Assembly: GCF_026210795.1 (NCBI RefSeq)
Contig: NC_089429.1
Location: 930,001 to 994,000, forward strand
Length of the DNA: 64,000 bases
Source of the DNA: Rhizophagus irregularis
Taxonomy: Eukaryota
Reading direction: 5' to 3'
Position 1 is the first letter of the stretch, and the number at the start of each line of letters is the position of its first letter. Below the pieces are notes generated by a model. That model ran no database searches, was not told the DNA's origin, and saw nothing but the letters and a program-made list of their open reading frames with translations. A program made the position numbers and the translations under genes. This document shows, one piece after another, positions 40,279 through 52,432 of this stretch.

Positions 40279-41828
40279 ATGAAGTTCATCAGAATTGTTT
40301 TTATTCTTGTAATTTTGTTCTTGACAAATATAATAGCAGACAATGAATTTTTACCAAAATTATCTCAAAATTTCCTTGAAATTTTAGACGACGAAGAGTA
40401 TTATGATATTACAATTGAAGTTGGTAATAACCCTCACGTAAAAATTTTTCGTGCTCATATGGTTATTTTAAATTATCGTTCTCCTTATTTGAAAAGTATT
40501 TTATCAACTAATAAAAAGAGCAATTACGGAACTTTAACACATATTAAATTACCGAATATTTTACCTGAAATTTTTCAAATAATTTTAAGGTAAGAAAGAA
40601 TAAACTAATTGTTATAAAAAGTCATTATTATTTTTTTTTATCAACGTATTGTTTTTATTTTAGATATATTTATAGTGGAAAAATTTCTTTAATAGAATAT
40701 GATATTTTAGATATTATCAAAATCTTGATTGCCGCTAACGAATTAAATATTCAGGAACTAATTCCCTATTTACAATCATTTTTAATTGAAAACAAGCCGT
40801 ACTGGATGAAACAAAATTTTAACTTGATATATCAAACAAGCTTTGAAAATGATTCTTTCTTGGATCTTCAAAAGTTTTGCACAGAGATAATATCTAAACA
40901 ACCAGAAAAAATTCTCCATTCATTTGATTTTACTTCAATTTCAGAAAAAGCTTTGATCTCTCTTATTCAACATATTAAAGTTAAAATATGTGAAGTTCAA
41001 ATTTGGGAGCATGTACTTAAATGGGGTATTGCAAAAAATCCTGGACTTTCGTCAGATCCTTCAAGTTATTCAAATGATGATTTTAATGTTTTAAAAAAAG
41101 CTTTACAACAATTTATTCCTTTAATTAAATTTACTGAATTTACTCCTAAAGAATTCTTGAATAAGGTATTTCCATACAAAAAGATTATTTCTGAAGAGAT
41201 TTATGAAGATACAATTAAATACTTTTTAGAAAATTCAAATAACAAGTCAGAACCGCAATTAATTAAATGTTCTAAAATTATAGACTCAAAAATCATTACA
41301 ATTCAATATGCTGAATTAATTTCAAAATGGATTGATAGATTAGAGATTACAGATGAATTAACAAATTCATATGAATTCAAATTAATTTTTCGTGGATCTC
41401 GTGATGGATTTACAGCTAAACGATTTCATGAAATTTGTGATAATCAATCTCGTACTATAACGATTATTAAAGTGAAAGACAGCAATGAAATTCTTGGAGG
41501 ATATAATCCGACTGAATGGAAATCTGATTATAATTACGGGATTACTAAAGATAGTTTTATATTTTCTTTTAAAGATGATGATAATATCGATGATTACATT
41601 TTAAGTCGTGTAAAGGATGAAGGTCATGCTATATATAACGATGATATATATGGACCATCATTTGGTTATGAGGACCTTATTATTTTTGGATGGTATTATT
41701 GTGAAACTTCTTTTAAAAAAAATGATCTTAGTTATTGTCGAAAGAAATCTTATGAAAAACAGATCAGAGAGACAGAAGATAAATTTTCTATAGAAGAATA
41801 TGAAGTCTTTCAGATTCATGATGAATAA
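40279..41828 (+). CDS. BTB/POZ-BACK-TLDc domain protein; 2 exons (40279-40589, 40664-41828)
   Basis: BTB motif YDITIEVG..FRAHMVILNYRSPY..ILRYIYSG, BACK-like EVQIWEHVLKWG, and TLDc FRGSRDGF..FHEICD..ILGGYNP..GPSFG..EYEVFQ. The GT-AG intron is in frame. Confidence 0.92.
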
Positions 41829-42110
41829 TAGTTCAAATAATTTGTCAGGAAGTTGTGTTTAAATTTTTAAGTTTTGTACGATTGTATAATTCAAAAAATT
41901 ATTATAACTAGTAGAGGTGGTTGTTGTGATTATGAATACGACCAAGTATGAAAATAAAATATTTCTTTTGATTTATTAAGATCTTTCAGTTAAAATTTAA
42001 TATTCCAGAATTTACATGGTTTTTATGATTGTTAAAAAGAGAAGATAATTTTCCCAGATGTTATAAGATTCATTTTTGTTATGTTATTCATATTTTTGAT
42101 GTGAAACACT

Positions 42111-42204
42111 ATCCTATCTCCCTTTCTATATGTTTGACATAAGCATGTAAATGTCGCCTTTTTAAAATGTCCTATTAGGTTCGGCTAACCCATATCTAAT
42201 TACT
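42111..42204 (-). pseudogene. Degenerate LSU (28S) rRNA fragment
   Basis: ttaggttcggctaacccatatctaattact resembles the reverse complement of the conserved LSU segment TTAGGATCGACTAACCCATGTCCAACTGCT (recalled consensus). Confidence 0.55.
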
Positions 42205-42222
42205 ACGATCAACAAAAAACTA

Positions 42223-42440
42223 TGACGAATGAAAGTATCCTTAGCAATAACTTTCGTAGTAGTTTGTCCCAAGAATTTTACTTTGACAATTGAATACTAA
42301 GCCCCAGCTATCCTTATTAATCATTAGGTAAAATCTAGGAATCAAAAAAAAAAAAATAGGAACATCCTACAGTATTTCATTATTTCATGCTAATGGATTT
42401 AATACTTTAAATACATTGATTTTTTCAAAGTAACAGTCCT
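42223..42440 (-). pseudogene. Degenerate SSU (18S) rRNA fragment (V4 and adjoining conserved region)
   Basis: atccttagcaataactttcgtagtagtt..ccaagaattttactttgacaattgaatactaa.cccc..ctatccttattaatcatta..tttcattatttcatgctaat..tttttcaaagtaa matches the reverse complement of fungal 18S (ATCCTTGGCAAATGCTTTCGCAGTAGTT..CCAAGAATTTCACCTCTGACAATTGAATACT..CTATCCCTATTAATCATTA..ATTATTCCATGCTAAT). Confidence 0.8.
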
Positions 42441-43294
42441 AACTCCAAATAATATTTGTCATTCGAAAATTATACACAAAACATCTCTGCTACTACTATT
42501 ATTACTTCAAACTGCATTTATAAATTCATCAAAAGGGAGAAACTACAGTAGATAAAATATAGGATTACATATAAAAAAAAATTTGAACTTTGATTCAAAA
42601 GTCACCAATCGGTAACCAATTACCCAATTTTGCTTTAAACTATGAGAAATTGTGCCTTAAAATTTGCGGTAGTAAAAAAAAGAAATAAATAAAATTTTTT
42701 ATGGATTTCGATAAAAATGTAATCACGTTTTTTTAATTGGCCTAAGGATAATAAACGAACTCAATATAACACACGGTAATTGATTTACTTTTTTGATAGA
42801 CCTTTGTTGAAAAAGCTAATCATGGTAGATTTTCTTTAAGATATAAATCTACACTGGCGCAAAATGCTACTTTTTTTTTGTCACAATCAGAATTTTCTTT
42901 TTATAAATCCAATTTACGAATATATCAATTACCCAGATATAATTAAGATCAAATCATACTTTACTGAATACTTATAATTTGAATCCATACGAATTCTAAT
43001 ATTTTATTTAGGTACAATTTTTCATAATGGTATAACCCAATTTTTATATCATGTCGATTTTCACTTTGCGTCCAATCATTTACATCATTTGTATTAATAA
43101 AGATGTTTTGTCAATTAAACTTTCCCATATATGTCAATTTAAAATCATCTTCTCTAATAAAAATTTCTCATGTAAGATTTTATTAAAATTCTTTTTTTTT
43201 TTATTTAAATTAAGATGTACGGAAATATCGTATGTGTGATTTTCTAAAATTATTTTACCATACTTTTTCTTCAAGAAAATCTTCAGTATAGAGA

Positions 43295-44985
43295 TAAACT
43301 GTACTGTACGAACTGCTAAACTGTACTGTACGAATTTTTTTAAAAAAATTTATCGTACAGTACAGTACAGTACTATATAAAGCGTTATATTGTACTGTAC
43401 GATAAATTAAAAAAATTCGTACAGTACTGTTTATCACTATACTTATAATTTATATTATATTTGCGTATAACGATAAAATTAAAAAATTTACATATACTGT
43501 ATAATTAGTACCATACAAAATTTTGTATCAAATTCGTACAGTACATAATAATACCAATTATTTAATTAGCTCAATTTTATTTTGTAATAAATTTAAATTT
43601 TAATTCAAAATTGTACAATTCACACACTCCTTATTTAAAAAAAAAAATTTATTTACTACTATACTTTATAACTGATTATTTACATTTACTTTTTAATTTA
43701 AAAACAATTTTCTTAAAATTTTTTATTTCTAGGTGAACTTTTTCATAAATTATGATTAATCTAACATTTTTTATATTCAGGAATCGTCTTCTTGAATCTA
43801 GAAAAATAAAAAAAGGAGAAGGTAATGATAAAAGTAAGGATGATAAATAACAATGAAAAGGAACCATAGTAAAAGGAAAGCGTTTCAAATAAAATAACAA
43901 AGAGAGGCATTAAACAACAGAAACCAGGAACGAAGAATGATAAAAATGGAAGCATCAGAACGAAGAATATAGAAATTAAAAATAAAAAAGAGGAGTTAGA
44001 AATGAATAAACAGCAAAAGAGAGATGTCAGGAATGAAAATAAGAAAAAGCAACAGTTAAAGGAGAGTGTCAAAAACGAAAAGGCATTAGGAATGAAAAAA
44101 CAGCAAAAGAAAGGTATCGGGATCAAAGAACAATAAAAGGAATAAAAGGGAAGCATCAGAAATAAGAACAATAAAAAAAAGCATCAGGAATTAAAAACAA
44201 TAAAAAGAGAGCGTCAAAACCGAAAACAATAAAAAGGAGGAGTTAAAAATGAATAAACATCAAAAGAGAGGTATTATAAATGAAAAAGATCAAAGAACAG
44301 TAAAAGGGAGCATTAGAAACAAAAAATAATAAAAAGGAGGCGTCAGGAATGAAAATGAAAAAACAATAAAAAGAGGGCGTCAAAAGCGAAAAACAATAAA
44401 GAAGAGGAGTTAAAATGAATAAACATTAAAAGAGAGGTGTTAGGAATGAAAATAATGGAAAGGAATAAAGCGTCAAGAATGAAAAACAATAAAAAAAATG
44501 AAGAATCACCACACATAAAAAAGAAAAAAAATGATTAATAAGTTTCAAAAAAAGAAGTAATAGTAAACAAATAATAATAAAAAAAGACATACAGTACTTC
44601 GTTTTCTTAGTAGTTAGACCTGTTTTAAAAGAAGAAACTACAGTATCTTGTAACTATCTAAAGAAAAAACGGTCAACAAAACATAAAGAGTAAAATAAAG
44701 AAAAATAGCAAAATAATACCTTAAACTGTATCTAGAACTATCTCGAGAAAAGTTATTACAAGTTGTTCTAATAAAAAGAAAAACATTATGGTAATTACAT
44801 TTCAAAAAGTAAAGAATAGTAACTGATCACGAAAGAAAATAAAAATAGAAAAAAAAGTATGTAACGAAAGGTAGATGATCTGATAAACAAATAATTAAAT
44901 GTACGCGTGATAAATCACGTGATTAAAAATTCTGTACTGTACGAAAAAAAAATCGTACAGTCGTAATTCGTACAGTACAGTTTAT
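43295..44985. mobile_element. Putative non-autonomous element with (TACAG/CTGTA)n inverted ends and a purine-rich degenerate repeat interior
   Basis: Left end aactgtactgtacgaa and right end ttcgtacagtacagtt. The interior 43790-44520 has repeated gcgtcaggaatgaaaa/caataaaaagag units. Confidence 0.55.
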
Positions 44986-46859
44986 ATGTATACTCGAAAA
45001 TCTTGTACGAAAATATTTTGATCTATCAAGTAAAATAATTGAATGTGCATTACATCGCATAAATGATTACGTCATTCTTCTCTAGTATATAACTTTATAA
45101 TAATTTAATGAAAACTTAAATTCATGGTTTTTATTTTAAATATATTTAAGGCCATTTTTCATTTTTCTCTTTTAAAAGTAAAAATTAAATGGTGATCTTA
45201 AATACGATTCGATAAATTGCATCTATTGTAGAATGTAGAGTTTATTTAATAAAATAACAACAAAGATAATCGAGGCTTACTTTACTGACAACACGCGAGG
45301 CCAGAGTTATGTCGTAATGTGGGCCAGGTGATTAATTGTCAAGTACTGTGTTATCGGTGAAATTTTTGTTGGTCAAACGTCTTTTAATGAAGTGAGCTGC
45401 TGCTCAAAATCCCAATGATCAGAATCCCGTTATAACATAAACTTAACGCTCACAAGTCACAATCCTTGACAAATCATAATCTCGAAAGTTCAAAATCCTG
45501 ACACTTATTATACCGACACTTGATATCTTTTTTTTTTTAATTTTTATATTATTTTTTTAGACGTAATAATTTTGTCACGATTTTAATGTTTTTATTTCAA
45601 AAATTATATTTTTATTAATATTTATTAATTTTAATAATTATACTTCGCAAATTTGACACCACTATAACAGATAATGTTTACTGAAATTATGATTAATCTA
45701 TATCTATATTTATAAAAAAATCCCATAACGTTTAGACTACCCCGCATAAAAAGGTGGATTTAAATTGGATCGTCCACATCATGTGCCTGCGCCCTGTGCT
45801 ACAGATTCTTATATAGGATTCAAAGTGGCGCATCATTTGCCATTGATTAGCTTAATTGGGCAGCCCTAATCCTAATACAATTTCGAATTAAATGACAGAT
45901 TTATAGCAACGAAATTAAACTAAACCAATAAAAAATTTGTTAAGGCTATAAAAATTCCTCACATGAGAAATCATCATTGGCTTTTTAGAAATCGTCATTG
46001 TTTTTTTTTAAAAAAAAAATATTTTTCAGTTTTTTTGGATTTTCCCACATGACGAAAAAAAGATCCTTTTCTTTTAAAAAAATTTTACATTTAATTTTAA
46101 TTTCTTCATCACGAATTTGCCGATCATTTATTGACATTGTCACCTAAGAAAAGGTGACTATTTTATATAAATTCTACAGATCAACATTTACCGTTGAATT
46201 GTCCAGATAGGTACCTACAAAATAAAAAAAAAGGCGGAACAATCGGAACATCCCTGTTGCTGAAAAGCGACGTGAGACAATATTTCCTTTTTGGAAATTA
46301 ATGTAACCAAAAATTTTCCTTTAGGAATACTATTCATTTTTGTTTGTGTAACATAACTGACGAGCGGGAGAAAAGCTACACAATTACACAATTCAAAGGA
46401 TTCTTAACGTGACACCACATGATTGCAATGATTTCAAATAATAGATAAAGATAATACAACAATATATAAAAAAAAATATAATGATATAGTATTTTAGGAC
46501 AATACTCATACTGAATTTTAAAAAAATATTGTTAACACACAAATATGGTGAAAATATTGTCTGTATGAAATTCTTTTGTATGTTTGTGATGTTTCAGCTC
46601 CTAAAAAGTGTAACTAAAAATTTGACGTATTGTAGATCAATTACTAATTGTTTTTTCAAACACGGAGACATGCGTAAATGCACACAATATTAAAATCCAA
46701 AAGTATGAAAAAGTATAAATTAGCAAAAAATTTTCCTAAGAAGACAAAAAATTAAAATTCAATCAAAAAAAAAAAGAAAAAGAAAAAAATACTTTGATAG
46801 TTTTTTTCGCATAATTCAAACTCTTAAAATCAATTAAATTCTTTAAATTTCCTAACAAA

Positions 46860-46961
46860 ATGAATCAAACTGAAGTTACCATTAAACTATCCATTCCATC
46901 TATCGCAACTGCTGAAGCCACTGAAAAACCGGGTGAATCTGGTGGCTGTACAATTATGTAA
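46860..46961 (+). CDS. Putative CaaX-box lipopeptide pheromone precursor 1 (33 aa: MNQTEVTIKLSIPSIATAEATEKPGESGGCTIM)
   Basis: ATG in an AAAATG context, C-terminal CTIM followed by stop, GC-richer than the flanks, TATAAA 146 bp upstream, and a paralog at 50734. Confidence 0.75.
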   Translation: MNQTEVTIKLSIPSIATAEATEKPGESGGCTIM

Positions 46962-48349
46962 TAAAATAAAATTCTTTACATTTACGAATTTTATCGTCAG
47001 ATCTGATTGGAAATTAAACATTTATGTATTGTTAAATAATCATTTGTCTATAATTTGTCTATAGTTTACAACTTTTAAATTCTATTTATTCATTGTACTT
47101 TATATATATATATTTCGTTAGTTTATTTGTGTTATTATATTATCAAATTACTTAATATTCGAATCACTATTACATATTTTGTCTTGTATTCTGTATTTAG
47201 GGACATGTTTTAAAACGATTTCGGTGGTTTAAAACATGTGTTAAAGTTAAAAAATGTTTTAAAACACTTCGATATTATAAATTTTAAATCTTAAATTTAG
47301 GTTAAAAAATCAATTTATATATAATAAAACGAAAACTGTTTTAGAACATGTTGTTTTAAATTACGTGCCATACCTATCTGTATTTTATCATTTGTGTATT
47401 CTAAAAATTACAAAAATAAAATCACATCTTTAAATTCATTATTTAAAATGTTCTAAATTCTAATAATTTTGGCAAGTTTGAGGTTGCCTTAAAAGTTGTC
47501 TAAACCATAACTAATTTTCTAATAGTGTACACAGAAAATTTTCTATGCTGATCACGTAATAAGAAAAAAAATCTTTTTGATGCAAATACACAATATTTAT
47601 TAGGACCAGTTGATCATCTTTATAAGTAACGAAAAAAATCAAACTTATTTTATGTCAAGCAGGAAAAAAAAAATTCTAATTTCGCTCTGAAATTATGTAT
47701 CACGTGATTGACGTGACAGATCAGCCACGTTTTTTTAAACTTTAACAAACCTTTTCCTTTCTCACAGTCTCACCCTTTCCCTTCCCCGTCTTTTTCACTT
47801 CCTCTTGTTAATTTATTAATCTTATTAGTTAAAAAAAAAAAATAAACTTCAGTTTTTTTGCTTTATATTAAATAAAAACTAAAGGGGAGTTAGGACTATA
47901 AAATATAAAATATATGAAATGTGAATTATTTTGAACTTGTTCATTTCTAATAAAATCATGACATTCAGTTTGAATTTATAATAAATATTTTTCAACCATA
48001 ATTGAGTTAATTATGCAAATTTTTTAGTATCTTAATTTTATCATACCTTCAGAATTGTTATTTTTTGTACAGCAGTGAAAGGAGATGTTTTTTATATGAA
48101 AAGTTCTATATAAAATTTACATACAAATTTTATATAATTTTAAGGACCCAACATGGATTTTATGTAAATGTGTAAAATATGTCAATGTAGTTTTTAAGAT
48201 ATAAAACATATTTCATATAGTTTTAAATAAGTATTATTTAATATTATAAATTGTGAATTCAGTTTACTTTAGAAAATGTATTTATACAATATAAATTTTA
48301 AATAATATTTTTATATTTAAATAAAAAAATAAATAAGAATGTTTTTATT

Positions 48350-48830
48350 TAATTATCAAAAAAAAAACGTTGCGAAACGTTTTTTTTTTAATTAAACTAT
48401 CTAAAAAAACGTTTTCGCAACGTTTTTTAACAAATTAGCAAAAAAAAAAATGGTGTGAAACGTTTCTTTTTATTAAATTTTCTATTAAAAACGTTTTCGC
48501 AACGTTTTTTAACAAATTAGCAAAAAAAAAATGGTGTGAAACGTTTCTTTTTATTAAATTTTCTATTAAAAACGTTTTCGCAACATTTTTTAATAAATTA
48601 TCAAAAAAAAAAAAGTTGCGAAACGTTTTTTTTATTAAATTTTCTATTAAAAAACATTTTCGCAACGCTTTTTTAACAAATTTTCAAAAAAAAAGTTGTG
48701 AAACGTTTTTTATTAGATCATTTATCAAAAAAACGTTTCGCAACATTTTTATTTAATTATCAAAAAAAAATATTGTGAAACTGTTTTTTAATTAAAACTA
48801 TATAAAAAACGTTTTCACAACGGTTTTATT
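48350..48830. repeat. Short tandem array of palindromic AAACGTT(T)TCGCAACGTTT units (~98-bp period)
   Basis: Repeated aaaacgttttcgcaacgtttttt / gttgcgaaacgttttt. Confidence 0.8.
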
Positions 48831-50733
48831 CAAAACATTTTCGTTAAAATACAATAATTTTGTTATCACCACATATTTTTTGTATATTTGATTGAATAAA
48901 TTACACCTTTACGTTATTTTAAGCGTGATTTTTCAAAATTATATTATATATTAGGCTTGTAACAAATGAAAAAAATGCTAATATTTTAACAAAAATTTTT
49001 TAATTTTTTAAAAAATAAACTGTTTGTAGTTCATAGAATATTATGTAGAGCCACAAAATTTAAATACATTACAATAGGAAAACATATCAATAATAATTTA
49101 TAAATAAAAGAATGTAATGATGCAAAAAGGTTAAAGAAAAAATATTTTTAACTTGTTTTTAAAAAAATTTTTAGGTATGATCATTTTATATGTTGCAGAT
49201 CAAAGATCATGGTTTTTTTTTGTATTAGATGATCGCTAAGAAAAGTTCGCAACTAGTACTACACGTCTTTTTTTTTATTATTTCTTTACAAACATTTTTT
49301 CAATTTGTAAATATTCTATAAAAAACTTTCAAGAATAATAATGTTCTAAATATAAACTAAATATTTATTTATTTATAAATAACTTTACATTCGTATAGAT
49401 TTATCCCTGATATGAGTACTACCCATTTGAGTACTACCTGCTACACAACTTTCTGTAAAAATTAATTTATTTTTAGCTCCATAAAAGAATTATCAAGAAC
49501 GTGCTGTTTTCGATAGAGGTCATTTGATAGGATCAGATTGTGCTCCCGTAAAGTGACACAACCTGGATCTAGAACACACTTTTTTTTTTGTATTTAAAAA
49601 GGTACAAAAACAAATGATTATCAATCACGTGATATTATACTACCTTACGTAAAATGAAACACTAAACACTAAGGGGAATATTTACAAAGAGACAAATAAG
49701 CTATAGATAATAAGAATCATTGCTAAGAATTTATGATAATCAGTAATCGAATAATAATAATGAAAAAAAAAATAAAAATAAAAATAAGCCAATTAACCAT
49801 TTTTAAAAATTGTTCAAAATTAATCAAACAATCATCACTTTTGCTTTTAATATTATTATTTATCTATTATTTACCCATTTTTTTTTTAATAAGATGATTG
49901 TGAAAACTCTTGCTGCTGCCGGAATAAACTCATCTGATGGAAAATTACTTTTCCATTTTTATTGCAAGCTATCCCAAATTTTTATGCTAAGCTGCTCAAC
50001 CAGACATATTATGATTTTCACTTTTACATCTTTTACATACTAGCTAGCACATCAATTAACAAAAAGATTTATTGAATATATTTGAACATATTATTATAAT
50101 ATATGATAATTGCTTTGATTTCATTTTGTAAGGTTTAATTTAAATATATCATAAATAAATTATTATCGTTATCACACGGAAATGTATCGTGACAATGACT
50201 GTAAGCAAAGAATACTTAGTTTCAAATTATGCATGAACGTGTACAAATAAAAAATTTAAAATCAAGAAAATTAATCTGTGCGACGGTCGATTTACTTGTT
50301 GGGAATATGGCCGACGTATCCGTAACGCATGAATATTATTACTATAACAGATAATAGATTTATACCAATCTTTAAATAATTTCTAAAAAAGGATATACCC
50401 GATATGACCTGGACAATTTTGAAACATAAAGGGAGAATATCAATAACAAAACAATACAATGCATGGGGGAGGAAATAATAATGAAAAATAAATTACATAA
50501 TAAGAAAACAATGTAAAGTATGTAAAATTCTAATTTTCTACGATGATAATAGATATTTTAAAAGCCTAAAATTTGTTTGTTTGATTTATTATAAATACGC
50601 TTTGCTTCGCCTTGTAAAATCCCATCAAAAGAAAAAAGTTCAAAGAACAAAAAAAAATAACTAATCAAATTAATCAAAGAAATCAAATAAATATTAAATT
50701 CTCAAAATTCTTTCTCAAGTAAATTAATCAAAA

Positions 50734-50835
50734 ATGAATCCAACAACTATCACCTCTAAACCAATTGTTATTGTTACTTCCGAAATAACCGAAAAACCTG
50801 ATGGTAATCCTACAAACTCATGCTCTATAATGTAA
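50734..50835 (+). CDS. Putative CaaX-box lipopeptide pheromone precursor 2 (33 aa: MNPTTITSKPIVIVTSEITEKPDGNPTNSCSIM)
   Basis: ATG in an AAAATG context, C-terminal CSIM followed by stop, shares MN.T..T.K, T.E.TEKP and C.IM with the 46860 ORF, and TATAAA 144 bp upstream. Confidence 0.75.
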   Translation: MNPTTITSKPIVIVTSEITEKPDGNPTNSCSIM

Positions 50836-52197
50836 ACGGAAAATTCTTCTATGGGGACGGCACAAACGACTTAACGACTTCGGTTATCACATGAAGATCA
50901 ATTTTAACCAAAAAATTATACCTAATGACTATTCGTTACGAAATGGCCTGGAGCTATTATTTCTATTAAATTTCTTTATATCAACTTGTATCATATGTAT
51001 CATAAAAAAAATATCTTGTATAATTTAAAATATTATTTGTAATTTTGAATATTTTTTATATTTGTTTACTTTTTCATTAAAATAAAAATTTTTGATTTTA
51101 CGTATTATAACTGAAATTATCTAAATGTCCTTCTGTTGCGCTTCATTTTCAAAGATGCTTAATATTGTTTAATATTGTTTATTACACAGCAGCTGCCGTG
51201 TGATCAACTCCTTAAAAATGTGACCGTAAATCCAAACTATTTTTAATCACCATTGAGTACCAATTTTGCCGTAGCATGTCAATCCGGCTGATCATTTCAA
51301 ATTCTCGAACCTAAGAGGATTTTATTAACTTGTCCTGTCTTGTCCTGTCTAGCACTATAATAAGTACTATAATACTTCCGGAAAAAAAAAATTGTGCAGA
51401 TCATGCCCATATTTTGAAGCAAATTGAAATTCAAAATGTGTATTTGTTTTTTTATTGTAACATTATAATGATGTCAATGTAATGTTTTGCGTATAAAGAT
51501 ATAATTTTTTTTAATAACCTGCTGATTAGAATTTAATAATCATTTTTTATTCATGAGGAAATTAAGTGTCAGGATAAAAAAGTGTCGGGATAATGAATGT
51601 CTGGATTTTGAAATTTTAAGATTTCCATTTTTTTTTTGTTCGAAAAAGGACAAATAAGATCGTGATTCTAATGTTAAATGTAAAAAAAGGATGAAAATAA
51701 ATTAAGTAAATAAGACAATTTTCACAATTGCGCCAAGAACCTCTCCGTAGTTAAGATAAAATCCCCCTACCAACATATGCAATTTTCAATTGAAAAAAAT
51801 ACATAAACATTACTACCATTTTAATTATTGATTTTAAAAAACATTCGACATATTACAAATAATTGATAATTAACGATATGTTGTTTATGGTCGAAAAAAT
51901 TAATCTATCAATATGCTTTAAAATAAATATTCTATAAAAGACTAGACTAATTATTAATATATTTGTCTTGAAAAATTTAATACGAAACTTATTTGTGAAG
52001 TAAATATAAATTCTAGTTAATAATTCATGTTAAATTAAAAATTTGTTTGATAATATATGATTAATCTTATGATTTTGATTACAACATTGGCTATATTACT
52101 ACGTTGATACTCGGTGGCAAAAGTTTTCCGAAATAATTCATTAGATAATTCGATACCATAAGTATAGGAACATAATTAGAGTATTATGGATTTATGG

Positions 52198-52432
52198 AGG
52201 ACCCAGAAATATATATATAGGGGTCAGGTGATGAAAAATTTTTTTTACTATGAGCTGTACGCATTTTTTCAGGGCCGGAATTATGATAATGTCAGTCGGT
52301 TTCTATATTAGGAAATAAAATTCTAACCGGCATTATCAAAATTACCTAAAAAAGGAAAGATTTTCATGATTTTTTTTTAGTTCAAAATACGCAAACTCAA
52401 ACCTGACCCTTTTATATATATTTCTGGGTCCT
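52198..52432. mobile_element. MITE with 8-bp TSD (hAT-like)
   Basis: ~32-bp TIR AGGACCCAGAAATATATATA..GGGTCAGGT. TSD ATTTATGG at 52190-52197 and 52433-52440. Confidence 0.9.

Noticed and set aside
43676..44171. Hydrophobic F/L/C-rich minus-strand ORFs, also at 55838-56275
   Set aside because: Antisense of purine-rich low-complexity repeats.
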